From assembly GCA_951406725.2 (NCBI GenBank), contig OX597814.1, positions 4,898,001 to 4,962,000 of the forward strand: a DNA stretch of 64,000 nucleotides, read 5' to 3'. A program made the position numbers and the translations under genes. How positions within the stretch are numbered: position 1 is the stretch's first letter; every line of letters begins with the position of its first letter. The notes below the pieces were generated by a model, which saw only the letters and a program-made list of their open reading frames with translations, did not search any database and was not told the origin of the DNA. This DNA comes from Octopus vulgaris. Taxonomy: Eukaryota. Of this stretch, positions 1 through 12,540 are shown one piece after another.

Positions 1-104
1 GTGGTTTTATCTCTAATTTAATATAATATAATATATTTATACTATAAAATTGGATTTAATCCTAAATCTAATTTTTTCCTGTAAGTTTGGATTTATTCCC
101 TTAT

Positions 105-172
<68 letters not shown>

Positions 173-592
173 TACATATGTGTGTGCATCAGTATATATC
201 AAATATTCATAGGAATAGTTGATATATATATATACCTATACATATACATATTTCTATATATACATATATATACATATACATATTTGTCTGTCTATATATA
301 TAGAGAGAGAGAGAGAGAAATAGAAATAGAGAGAAAAAGAGAGATACATATCTGTACACACACATATGTATATATGTATGTATAGGCGTGTGTGGTGTGT
401 GTGTGTGTGTTTGTATGTCTGTATGTATACGTTCGTGCATATTCATGTGCCCAGTGTTTGATCGATCCTTCGATATTGCTGTCTCGCCGTGAGTATTATA
501 ATTCTGGTATCGATGACGTGCAACAGATGAAGATGACGGAACGACTTTCCGGTAGGGATTCCACCATTATAACCCTATCAATCATTGCTTCA

Positions 593-653
<61 letters not shown>

Positions 654-877
654 TCAATATAGGGTGGCAAAAGAAAAATTTTTGTAGAATTCTTTCGCCA
701 CCAGCGGCCTAGTAGGAAAAAATTAAATAGTCATAAACTATTTTTACGTTCAACATCACAATCAAGGAACGGCCATAATAGGCCATTCACCCACTAGAAA
801 TAACAGCCAAAAGCTTTAACCGCAAAATAACATTAATTCTGTAAACCAGGAGAAAATTGAAAAACTTTTACCCTGTA

Positions 878-984
878 ATTTCTTAGACGATGCACCGTTT
901 CATCTACCGTTTAATGGTAAACTAACCTGATTAAATTAAATCAAGCCAATCCACCATAGGCCCTTAGACTCATCAGTAAGAAAT
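878..984 (-). ncRNA. Type I hammerhead ribozyme (inverted copy of 1164-1270)
   Basis: Reverse complement of 1164-1270. Confidence 0.85.
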
Positions 985-1163
985 AGCCAAGTCGGAACAG
1001 ATATTTTTCACGAGGCATTCCTCTTGCTACCTCGGCAATATCTGACCTAAAATTTTCAAATCGTCGCACTCGCGCCAAATTTATCGGCAGCAAATAAATA
1101 TAAGCCACCGATTCCATTACGGAACTAACCAGAAAATTCATAATTAATCAATATAGGGTGGCT

Positions 1164-1270
1164 ATTTCTTACTGATGAGTCTAAGGGCCTATGGTGGATT
1201 GGCTTGATTTAATTTAATCAGGTTAGTTTACCATTAAACGGTAGATGAAACGGTGCATCGTCTAAGAAAT
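1164..1270 (+). ncRNA. Type I hammerhead ribozyme with extended stem II
   Basis: atttctta-CTGATGA-gtcta...tagat-GAAAC-ggtgcatc-GTC-taagaaat: 8-bp stem I, canonical core, GUC site, near-palindromic stem III. Confidence 0.85.
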
Positions 1271-1388
1271 TACAGGGTAAAAGTTTTTCAATTTTCTCCT
1301 GGTTTACAGAATTAATGTTATTTTGCGGTTAAAGCTTTTGGCTGTTATTTCTAGTGGGTGAATGGCCTATTATGGCCGTTCCTTGATT

Positions 1389-1451
<63 letters not shown>

Positions 1452-1452
1452 G

Positions 1453-1484
<32 letters not shown>

Positions 1485-1760
1485 TATCTGTGATACACGA
1501 TCCCTATTGATCGTTTTTTTCCTCTTACCCTCTTTTTTCCTCTTTTTTCTTCTTTTTTCCTTTTTTTTTCTTTTTTCCTTTTCCTTTTTTTTGTTCTTTT
1601 TTTCCTTTTACGATCCCTTTTGATCGAAAACCTACGCCACCTTTTTTTTGTTTCTTTTGTTTTTTTTGTTTTTTGTTTTTTTTTTTCATCCCCCAAAAGA
1701 AAAGCTCTACCTTGTAACTTGTCCCATCTGTGTGCAGCCCTGTGTGGCCAATAAAGAAAC

Positions 1761-1847
1761 TTCTCTCTCTCTCTCTCTCTATCTATCTATTTATCTATCT
1801 ATCTATCTCTATCTCTCTATCTATCTATCTATTTATCTATCTATCTA

Positions 1848-1890
<43 letters not shown>

Positions 1891-1947
1891 CTATCTCTCT
1901 ATCTCTCTATCTATCTATCTCTATCTCTCTCTCTCTCTATCTATCTA

Positions 1948-1979
<32 letters not shown>

Positions 1980-1987
1980 TCTATCTA

Positions 1988-2062
<75 letters not shown>

Positions 2063-2670
2063 CTGTATTTGTGTGTGTGTATGTGTGTGTATCAACGTGC
2101 GTGTGTGTCTATGTGTTCGCGTCAGTGTGGGAGTGTAAGCGTGGGTTTATGCGGCTGTATGCATGCGTGGTTTTCTGTGAGCGTGTATGTATGTGTGTAT
2201 GTATGAATACGTGTGTACGTCTGTATATATCTATGTGTATCTATATGTGCATATGTTGATGTGTATACATATATATATATATATGAGTGTGTGTATGTAT
2301 GTACGCATGTATGTATGTATTTATGTATGTATGTGTGTATATATGTGTGTATGTATGTATGTATGTGTGTGTATGTATGTGTGCATGTATGTATGTATGT
2401 GTGTATGTGTGTATGTATGTATGTATGTATGTATGTATGTATGTGTGTGTGTGTATGTATGTGTGTATGTATGTATGTATGTATGTATGTGTGTGTATGT
2501 ATGTATGTATGTATGTATGTGTGTATGTATGTGTGTATTTATGTATGTATGTATGTATGTATGTATGTATGTGTGTATGTATGTATGTATGTATGTATGT
2601 ATGTATGTATGTATGTATGTATGTATGTGTGTGTATGCATGATTGTGTATGTATATATGCTTACATATAC
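1761..2670. repeat. Compound (CT)/(CTAT)/(GT)/(GTAT) microsatellite
   Basis: Direct reading. Confidence 0.97.
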
Positions 2671-3541
2671 ATACATGTTAATGTTTGACGCAATCCTACA
2701 ACCAGTCTACTGCAATCGCTGCTGTTATCGTTTAGCCCTCGGTCAGCCTGATAGAGCAGAACAATGAGCAAAGATGTTCCAACCATAACCACCATACCTA
2801 AGTGTACCTAGGACTTCGTTGTCAAATTTGCCTTTCATGTATTGAGACAAAAGGGTTTGGTTTGGGCAGGATTTCGCTTCCATTTCCGGTTGGTTGTTCG
2901 ACCAGGGAGACATAATCGCTTACTTCCTGTTCTTTAAACCGGAAGGAAGAAATGATGTGCTCCACTAAAACCTGTCCATTATAGTAAAGAAGTAAATGAA
3001 TGAACGCCACGTGAGTGGTGGTAGGGGGTTAAGGTTAGGGCTGGGAGTCGAGTGAAAACATGTACGTGGCCAGCTAGAAACAACAGCCAATTCTCCTTCA
3101 AATCATTCCTTACAGTCTTCAAAGAGGAAGGAGACGTTTATATAGGATAAAGTATATTTATTAGAAACGAGGTCGACTTTGCCTTTCATCCTTTCGGGAT
3201 CGATAAATTAAGTACCAGCTACGCACTGGGGTCGATGTAATCGACTTAATCCGTATGTCTGTCCTTGTTTGTCCCCTCTGTGTTTAGCCCCTTGTGGGTA
3301 GCAAAGAAATATATATTTATTAGAAATATTAAATTTCTAAATATCTCAGAGAGATATGAGCGGTGGTGGAACGATAGAGTAGTTGTATACTGTCAACTTA
3401 ACGTGACAGTCTCATAAAGGGAATCACACCACCGCTATTTAGCCCTAGGAAGCATCAACGCTTCCTGTCGGCTTTGACACATTTCCTGCGTCCTTATGTT
3501 GACAAAGGGGAGACAAGCACCCCCAACAGCTAGGCCTGCAT

Positions 3542-3587
3542 CCAGAGACATGACATGTTTCTGAGTCGTTGCTCGTCATCAGTCTGG
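3542..3587 (-). ncRNA. Type I hammerhead ribozyme
   Basis: Minus strand ccaga-CTGATGA-cgagcaacgactca-GAAAC-atgtcat-GTC-tctgg; stems I, II and III all form. Confidence 0.82.
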
Positions 3588-3646
3588 TGTAGCATGGCCG
3601 GCTAGCTGAAGATACCTGTCTAGGCTTCGTAAACATATATATATAT

Positions 3647-4064
3647 ACTCTCTCTTTTACTCTTTTACTGGTTTCAGTCATTTGACTGCGGCCATGCTGG
3701 AGCACCGCCTTTAGTCGAGCAAATCGACCCCGGGACTTATTCTTTGTAAGCCCAGTACTTATTCTATCGGTCTCTTTTGCCGAACCGCTAAGTGACGGGA
3801 ACGTAAACACACCAGCATCGGTTGTCAAGCAATGCTAGGGAGACAAACACAGACACACAAACACATACACACACATACATACAAATATATACATATATAC
3901 GACAGGCTTCTTTCAGTTTCCGTCTACCAAATCCACTCACAAGGCATTGGTCGGCCCGGGGCTATAGCACGAAAACACTTGCCCAAGATACCACACAGTG
4001 GGACTGAACCCGGAACCATGTGGTTGGTAGGCAAGCTACTTACCACACAGCCACTCCTGCGCCT
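3647..4064 (-). mobile_element. tRNA-derived SINE family A with internal microsatellite
   Basis: Head aggcgcaggagtggctgtgtggtaag...ggttcagtccc; tail (gagtaaaa)n. Confidence 0.92.
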
Positions 4065-4329
4065 ATATATATCTATATATTCAGTGAAGTTTATTCACTG
4101 ATCACCAAAATTAAAAATATTAAATTTCTAAATATCTAGCTTCCTAGGGCTAAATAGCGGTGGTGTAATTCCCTCTATGGGACTGTCACGTTAAGTTGGC
4201 AGTATACAACTGCTCTAAAGTATATTTAGATATATCAGAAATAAAAACCGGATGATCCCAGCTGGACTATCTTTGATCTTTGTTCTGTTTGCTCAGGTTG
4301 AGTTAACCTAGGGCCAAACGACAACACAG

Positions 4330-5370
4330 ACCCTAGTCACAATACATTACAGAAGATGGCGGAAGACTTTGGGTGTCAGAGTGTGTGTACAACACAGGTA
4401 ATTCGGCTGTTGATGGCCGATTTGAAGAAGACAAGGAAGTCTGCTCTGATATGCTGGAAGTGTTTGAAACCAATGGAAACGTTTCTTTCATTATCTGATA
4501 ACAGAAAATATCTTTAGGATGGCAGCGAGCTGGCAGAAACGTTAGCCCGCCGGGCGAAATGCGTAGCCGTATTTCGTCTGCCGTTACGCTCTGAGTTCAA
4601 ATTCCGCCGAGGTCGACTTTGCTTTTCATCCTTTCGGGGTCGATAAATTAAGTACTAGTTACGCACTGGGGTCGATGTAATCGACTTAATCCGTTTGTCT
4701 GTCCTTGTTTGTCCCCTCTGTGTTTAGCCCCTTGTGGGTAGTATAGAAATAAGAAAATATCTTTATGATCCAGAGACGAAGGTTCGGCCTGTGGAATGGC
4801 ATCACATTTTCCAAGGCTTAAGATATTTGGAAGACAGCGATTGGTACAAAAAGTTGGAATTCCCTTTTTGAGGAAAAATAACATTCTCTGGAATGTGAAT
4901 GTACCGTTAAATGCGAGCGGTATACTGAAATAAAACAAATAGCTTTGGGAAGCCATTAAGAGGAAGAGGTTAAACAAGAATCTGAAAATGACCCACATTC
5001 GCCATAACAGTGCGTGACCTCTCACATCTTTGGCAAAAAAAAAATTAGCCTTTTAACAAATTAGGCAAATTTGTGGAGCTCCATCTAGCATAGAGCCCAG
5101 ATCTGGTGCCGCCCAGCTTCCACATTTTCAATTCAATAAAATACGGTCTTCAGGGAAAAACAATTTGATGGCATAAATAAAATGAAAGTAGCTGTGAATA
5201 GGTGGCTAAAACAATGGCAGATCTGAATTTTTTTCAAAGAGGATTCAAAAACTGGGTTCGATGATGGCAGAAATGCATCGGTTGTGATGGGGACAGGGTC
5301 GAGTTGAACCAACACGGCCAATGCTGATATCAGATAATATATAGGTTGGGCACACTTTTGTACTGCTTTA
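4330..5370 (+). mobile_element. Degenerate mariner transposase relic interrupted by a SINE
   Basis: YDPETK..EWHH, SPDL, F..IK..L.GKQF and RWQKCI...GD motifs; SINE 4517-4751 with TSD agaaaatatcttta. Confidence 0.75.
4517..4751 (+). mobile_element. tRNA-derived SINE family B (Nin/Deu-like central domain); copies at 3168, 19544, 20709, 22224(-), 32790(-), 47794, 56569
   Basis: gagttcaaattccgccgaggtcgactttgcctttcatcctttcggggtcgataaa core; 14-bp TSD at this copy. Confidence 0.9.
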
Positions 5371-5472
5371 ATGCAACTCTCCTATATACATAGACATATC
5401 TACATACATATGTGCGCATATATATATATATGTATACATATGTATAAATGTCTACATATACAGATACATACA

Positions 5473-5506
<34 letters not shown>

Positions 5507-5511
<5 letters not shown>

Positions 5512-5745
5512 GTTGTATACTGTCAATCTAACAAGAACGTGACAGTAGGGGGTACACCACCGTTGTATAGCCCTAGGAGGCATCGAACGCCTCCTGACAG
5601 CTTCGACACATTTTTTCCCTGTGTCCTTATATACATATACGAAGGGGAGACAAACACCCCCGGCTGCCGGAACTGCATCTAGGGACACCGTGTTTCAGGA
5701 TAATTGTCCTTCATCGGCCTATCACCAGCCGACCGGTGTCTGCTA
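5507..5745 (-). mobile_element. Diverged relative of the 3375-3630 hammerhead repeat
   Basis: Collinear blocks gttgtatactgtcaa, acgtgacagt, caccaccg, tagccctagga, ggggagacaa and the hammerhead. Confidence 0.7.
5680..5721 (-). ncRNA. Type I hammerhead-like motif, CCGATGA core variant
   Basis: Minus strand tagg-CCGATGA-aggacaattatcct-GAAAC-acggt-GTC-ccta; same position in a homologous repeat as the 3542-3587 motif. Confidence 0.72.
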
Positions 5746-5749
5746 CTCT

Positions 5750-6003
5750 AGGGTTTTTCAATCCAATATTCACATGATGTTATTTAGAACTTAAGTGTAC
5801 TTCGAGATCCAATTCCCCCACCCCTAAAAGAAATACATACATACATACACACATGCGCACGCTCGCAACACACACATGCGTATATATATATATATATGTG
5901 TGTGTATGTATGTATGTATTTCTTTTAGGGGTGGGGGAATTGGATCTCGAAGTACACATAAAGCTCTAAATAACATCATGTGAATATTGGATTGAAAAAC
6001 CCT
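5750..6003. mobile_element. Fold-back element, ~90-bp arms around a microsatellite
   Basis: agggtttttcaatccaat...aaagaaatacatac is mirrored at 5912-6003. Confidence 0.65.
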
Positions 6004-7356
6004 TTTGGACAGAGAAATAGAGACATATATGCATATATGCGCATGCGCGAGTGTGTTTTCAGCACAGATTCCTGCAAGTAAATTCTTCTGACAAACTTGA
6101 AGACACTTGATCAATTGCCGCACGATGGAATCGAACTCTGAATGGTGAGATTGAGAAGCTGACTTGTTGATCACACGACTCGGCTTAACAAAGAGACTTT
6201 ATCTAAATTCCTAATCGAAATCTACGCATTGACACACAGTTCCATCGCGTCTTATATTCACAGGTCAGACCCCAAAATCCTCCGCAGCTCTTTCGCATCT
6301 CTTAAGCCCGATGCTCTTCTAGCAGAACATCTTAACAACTTTAGGGTTTGATTCCTTGTGATTCGATGCCGTAAATCGTGTTTGACAAGTGATCTGTAGA
6401 GGAAGACGATGACGACGACGACGAAGACGACGACTAAGAGGAGGAAGGAGAAATACTTCCGTTTGAAATCTTTAAACCACAAACCAACTGAGGCAGCAAT
6501 AATCCATCGGAAAAGAAGTGTGTGTGTGTGTGTGCAAATAAGTTCATTGCACGTGTCAGGACGTTAATTCCTTCGTGACTACATTTCTAAGAATATTCAC
6601 CTCCAATGGATTTCTATTTGTGAATAATCAGGAATTTAGAAATATTTAGTCGAATAGCCAAGTGTTTCATGTGTTTTGAGCATAATTTAATAAAAAAGAA
6701 ATGTCTGTGTTTCTTTTATAAAATTATGATGGAAAGCATTTCTAGCCAGGTTAAAATCAAACGAGTTCAGAGTGAAACTTATGCATTGATGCATCGCCTT
6801 CCTACTGAGGAAAACCTAATCGGTTATATTAAGATGTTGGTCATTAGTTACTGAGAATATCGAAAACATCCAAGGGAGGCCGAACGCTGCTAGAAACTCC
6901 CTGTAAATGTAAATCAACCAAACACATTCTAATTCTTTTTGAAATGTTTGCGTCTTCGAAGAAAATTTCGACGCGTTACAGCAATCAGTTACATTTTAAA
7001 ATGGATTTAGTTAAAGACAGAAAACAACATTGTATTTCATGGAAGGCATTTACTCACACGTAAAGCATCCTGTATACATTTTGAAGTCTGTACTTGATGT
7101 AACCATAATCGCTCGAGAAATTGTTGTATTGGGAGATTAGGAACACTAAACAAAACTCACTACGTTCTAACTCACCATCCGCCTAAAGAAAATACAGATG
7201 GTATATATATATCGCAGGCAATGGCGGAAAGAAAACTGATAAAATCAGGAAACTAGTACAAAGTAACAACATTTTTCTAAAAAGAAAAATACATGAAGGC
7301 CAGCAAAGTGGAACTGTAATAAATAAACACGAAGTAAACAAGTTTTTTTGTGTAAA

Positions 7357-7520
7357 AGGCGCAGGAGTGACTGTGTGGTAAGTAGCTTGCTAACCAACCA
7401 CATGGTTCTGGGTTCAATCCTACTGCGTGGCATCTTGGGCGTCTTCTGCTATAGCCCCGGACCGACCAATGCCTTGTGAGTGGATTTGGTAGACGGAAAC
7501 TGAAAGAAGCCTGTCGTATG

Positions 7521-7561
<41 letters not shown>

Positions 7562-7772
7562 TTGTGTGTATGTGTTTGTCCCCCTAGCATTGCTTGACAA
7601 CTGATGCTGGTGTGTTTACGTCCCTGTCACTTAGCGGTTCGGCAAAAGGGACCGATAGAATAAGTACTGTGCTTACAAAGAATAAGTCCCGGAGTCAATC
7701 TGCTCGACTAAAGGCGGTGCTCCAGCATGGCCGCAGTCAAATGACTGAAACAAGTAAAAGAGTAAAAGAGTA
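7357..7772 (+). mobile_element. SINE family A, full length
   Basis: Same head, core and tail as 3647-4064. Confidence 0.92.
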
Positions 7773-7992
7773 ATAGAATACAAATTGAAAATTAACTGAA
7801 GAAGAACTTTTCGGTAAGAACAAGTTAAAAGAAAGGGTTTTAAAAAGAAATTTAAAAACGAATTCCAAAAAAATGAAAAGGAAAATCATTTCATGGCCAA
7901 TAAATTGCCAGACTCTACAAAGTGAAAAATAGCAAAAGATGAATAATCGATGAAATTATTTCACGGGAAGTGTATAAACCATAAAAGTTAGA

Positions 7993-8936
7993 AGGTATGA
8001 CAGGTGAATATATTTACTTAAACACTTGATATTCGTAGGCTTACAGCCGTTTCGCAGCCTTCATCATGTAATAATAATCTCAGTGTAATATGTTTATATG
8101 TCTGCGTTAATAGGCATATCATGCGTTATACAATACAGTTGTATATTTGCAAAGCAATGCAGATCTAGAAGGCTGGTTTATCAGATCAGCAGAACATCAT
8201 GGTTTTCCTTTAAACATACAATGTATGGGAGACAGATACTTGATACAATTAGCTTGGTATGGCCATTAAATAATAAATATAAATAATCAAGATGATGGTT
8301 GTGTTTGAGGGTTTCTTTGGGATTTGAATTCCTTTCCTCACAAATGAGATCGGTTGATTTAGTCGTTCTTTCAAAATGGCAGGCCCTCCATCGCATTCGC
8401 CATATAAAGGAATTAATTTTATGGATGTGAAGCTTAGTGGATTCCTGCTGTCGAGGGATAAGAATATCGTTCAGTAACGTAGTTTCTCTGTCATTGTGAG
8501 TGAGCCACTTAAGCGCTCTCTGGTTTAATGAGCAGAGCAGAAGAATTTTATAGTGCAATATATGGATTCATAGGATCCTGTGGCTATCACAGAAGGCTCC
8601 TCAAGTGGATCTGGCTATCATACAACCAAGTACTCATTTACGGAGGAGTATGATGCAAAGTTCTATGAGTTGAAATCCAGAAGATCCAATCAATGAAATT
8701 ATTTCGGAAAATTTTGTTGAAGCGTTGGTGTAACAATGATGTTCTGATGATCAGATGAGCCAGCTTTCTTTGTCTGCATTGATTTGTAAATGTACGATTG
8801 TATTGTACAATGCATAGCAGACATGTAAACATAATTTATTATACGCTTAAATTATTATTATATGATGAAGGCTGCGAAACGGCTGTAATCCTACGGATAT
8901 CAAATGGTTAAATAAATATATTCACCTCTCATACCT
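7993..8936 (-). mobile_element. Old Penelope-like element: diverged inverted terminal repeats around an ORF remnant
   Basis: Arms ~7993-8201 / ~8733-8936 with degenerate aTGATGA-aggctgc-GAAAC-ggctGTA; internal peptide KINSFIWRMRWRACHF resembles the F(I)xRMRW(K/R)AxxF motif of PLE ORF N-termini. Confidence 0.6.
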
Positions 8937-8987
8937 GCTGGTTTTTATGGTTTTATACACGCGCACGCACACACAGTCACACGCACG

Positions 8988-9073
<86 letters not shown>

Positions 9074-9162
9074 TTTGTAATATATAATAAAGATCTGTAT
9101 ACATCGATAGTATCATTTCAGATGGATATTATGTACACATTTATGTATATGCATCTCCTTAA

Positions 9163-9230
<68 letters not shown>

Positions 9231-9344
9231 ATACTTTATTATTATCAAAACTGGAAAAAACCACAAAAACATCACAAAATACTGCTACTCATAGTTTCAC
9301 GTTCCCTTTCGTCGAACAATTTCAACTGAGATTCTCAATCTAAA

Positions 9345-9382
9345 CTGTCCGACGAACGGAAACGTGAAACTCTGAGTCGCAG
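9345..9382 (+). ncRNA. Type I hammerhead-like motif, CCGACGA core variant
   Basis: ctgt-CCGACGA-acg(gaaa)cgt-GAAAC-tctga-GTC-gcag; degenerate inverted partner at about 9282-9319. Confidence 0.68.
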
Positions 9383-9478
9383 TTTTTTTTTTTAATGATA
9401 TTTTTGTGATGTTTTTGCAGCTTTAATAATAAAGCATATTACTCTACCTCCAGTATTCGAGTACTATTTTTCCCGCCT

Positions 9479-9680
9479 TACTCTTTTACTCTTTTACTTG
9501 TTTCAGTCATTTGACTGCGGCCATGCTGGGGCACCGCCTTTAGTCGAGCAAATCGACCCCGAGACTTATTCTTTGTAAGCCCAGTACTTATTCTATCGGG
9601 CTCTTTTGCCGAACCGCTAAGTGACGGGACGTAAACACACCAGCATCGGTTGTCAAGCAATGCTAGGGGGACAAACACAG

Positions 9681-9722
<42 letters not shown>

Positions 9723-9872
9723 GACAGGCTTCTTTCAGTTTCCGTCTACCAAATCCACTCACAAGGCATTGGTCGGCCCGGGGCTATAGCAGAAGACACT
9801 TGCCCAAGATGCCACGCAGTGGGACTGAACGCGGAACCATGTGGTTGGTTAGCAAGCTACTTACCACCACTC

Positions 9873-9938
<66 letters not shown>

Positions 9939-10101
9939 GACAGGCTTCTTTCAGTTTCCGTCTACCAAATCCACTCACAAGGTATTGGTCGGCCCGGGGC
10001 TATAGCAGAAGACACTTGCCCAAGATGCCACGCAGTGGGACTGAACCCGGAACCATGTGGTTGGTTAGCAAGCTACTTACCACACAGCCACTCCTGCGCC
10101 T
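9479..10101 (-). mobile_element. SINE family A, double-headed variant
   Basis: 5' half duplicated in tandem. Confidence 0.9.
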
Positions 10102-10253
10102 TATTTCACATTTATGTGCTTGCTTTGGTGCATCTGTGTGTGTATGTGTGTGCGTGCGTGCGTGCATGAATCTGCATATAACCGTTAATCCGCACACATT
10201 TTTTTCCGTTTTCTTTCTTTCGCTCTCTCTCCGTTTTTGCTTTTTCTCTTAAT

Positions 10254-10368
10254 CCTTTCTGTCGAAGCGCGTAGGTTCGAAACGTCAAAGACTTTTCCTT
10301 TTCTTTCCGAGCGTTAAACTAATATACCTGCTTGTTGTTCCCTCGACTGCCTTCGTCTTTTGTTTTCT
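10254..10368 (+). mobile_element. Short dispersed repeat with minimal hammerhead-like CTGTCGA...GAAACGT (copies at ~23935-24070 and ~41550-41625)
   Basis: Three related copies, each ending cacctgtcttcgtcttt-like. Confidence 0.55.
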
Positions 10369-10835
10369 GGTCGCAGTCAAATGACTGAAAAACAATTTTT
10401 TTTTAAATAAAAGAATATATTTTATTTTCTACCTTTTACTTGTTTCAGTCATTAGACTGCGGCCATGCTGGGGCAGCGCCTTGAAGAATTTTAATCGAAC
10501 GAATCGACGCCAGGACTTTTTTAAGCCTTGTACGTATTCTACCGATCTCTCTTGCCGAAACGCTATGTTACCGGGACGTAAACACACTAACACCGGTTGT
10601 TAAGCAGTGGTGGGACACAAACACAGGCACAAAAACGCACACACGTAGATATATACACATACATATATGTACAGCGGGTTCCATTCAGTTTCCGCCTACC
10701 AAATCCACTCACAAATCTTTGGTCAGCCCGAGGTTGTAGTAAAAGACTTTCGCCCAAGATCTCATGCAGTGAGACTGAACCCCTAACCTGGCGGTTGGGA
10801 AGCGAACCTCTTTACCACACAGCCACATACACATA

Positions 10836-11119
10836 CGAGCTGATATCAAAACGTTCCCGGACTAGTTATGTCGCGTGCCAACAGGTGGCAGCACAAGGTT
10901 GCGTGCGCAGTGACAGTTGGCAATGACCTTCAACAAGCAGTGTTCTGAGTAACATTGCTATGGTTACTTCGCAAGTTGTGAAATTTATATTTTTTGTGAT
11001 CACGTGTTTCGGTAGTCTGCGATTTTTGTCTTGGACAGGAAGTTGAAATAAAGGGCCAACGTGAAGTTTTGCGTTAAACTTGGGAAGTCTGCGACAGAGA
11101 CATTGAGCATGCCTCGGCA
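10836..11119 (+). mobile_element. 5' end of a mariner element
   Basis: TA-CGAG..ATCAAAA terminus; peptide RANVKFCVKLGKSATETLSM (mariner N-terminal HTH). Confidence 0.8.
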
Positions 11120-11120
11120 C

Positions 11121-11671
<551 letters not shown>

Positions 11672-11689
11672 GCACTATATACAGTACCG

Positions 11690-11949
11690 TGAGGTTGTTG
11701 ATTGAAGATATCAAGTCTACCAGGGGTTTGTACTGTTTGTCATGTCACAACAAGGACCTCAGACTGACAGTACTTTACACAATATCCATCCAATTCCAAG
11801 TAATGCCGACTTCTGCAATATACCTAGATTGGAGGGTTTTTTCTAAAGTTTTCAAATGTTTTTTTCAGAATGGGTGGTAGTGAACCCAATGCTCTGATGA
11901 CAATAGGGATAACCTTAATAGTGATAATGACATCCCTATATAGTTTTCA

Positions 11950-11950
<1 letters not shown>
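11690..11950 (-). mobile_element. Third, degenerate RLE retrotransposon 3' end
   Basis: IKVIPIVIRALGSL then frameshifted LQKSALLG; abuts (TAG)n and (TTA)n. Confidence 0.6.
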
Positions 11951-11987
<37 letters not shown>

Positions 11988-12540
11988 GAGTGAGAGAGCA
12001 GTTCATGCCATCAAAGTGACACTGGGGTAAAATATACGAAGCCCAATATACCCATCATGACTACCCGTCTGATAAAGGTACACCAGGCACATGCATCACA
12101 ACCATATGTGCGCGACATGGTGATCTCATATCAAGATAAACAGCACATGACCTTGCAGGTGGAGCCCAGTTAGAATTTTCTTCAGGTTGAGTAGCCCATC
12201 CTGCTCAAAAGGTCCCTGAATAAGGGTTGCTTTAGGATGTTGAACGAAACACCTATGTTTCCAGAGGTGAATTATTCAAACCCCAAAGAATCCCTCTCAA
12301 CACATGGCCATGATGCTCCCCCACTACTTCTGCTCGTGATCAGAGATGCACATATCGTCAGTCACTAAGGGACATGCTCAACTGGTTAAGGCCAAACAAC
12401 TGACAAGCAAATCTGTGGTATTGAGCAGAATATTTGCTGTAGCCCATCTTTTATACCAAGACAAAACAATGTACATGATAACACTTCCAATCAGTTAAGA
12501 TCAGAAGCCATGAGAGCCACTGCCTGGTACTGCATCAGGG

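Larger units (their letters stand above)
650..1393. mobile_element. Non-autonomous Penelope-like/retrozyme-like element with inverted duplication
   Basis: 235-bp inverted arms 755-989 / 1159-1393 carrying the hammerhead; 19-bp direct duplication 650-668 / 1144-1162; (TA)n on both sides. Confidence 0.7.
3160..4215 (-). mobile_element. Non-autonomous Penelope-like element with partial inverted end, interrupted by two SINEs
   Basis: Hammerhead at 3542; ~3375-3452 inverted at 4139-4216; flanking direct repeat taaagtatattta. Confidence 0.65.

Noticed and set aside
50-2767. Long YI/CV/LS-rich ORFs here and at 10866, 22980, 26245-28263, 61231-62218
   Set aside because: Translations of stop-free microsatellites.
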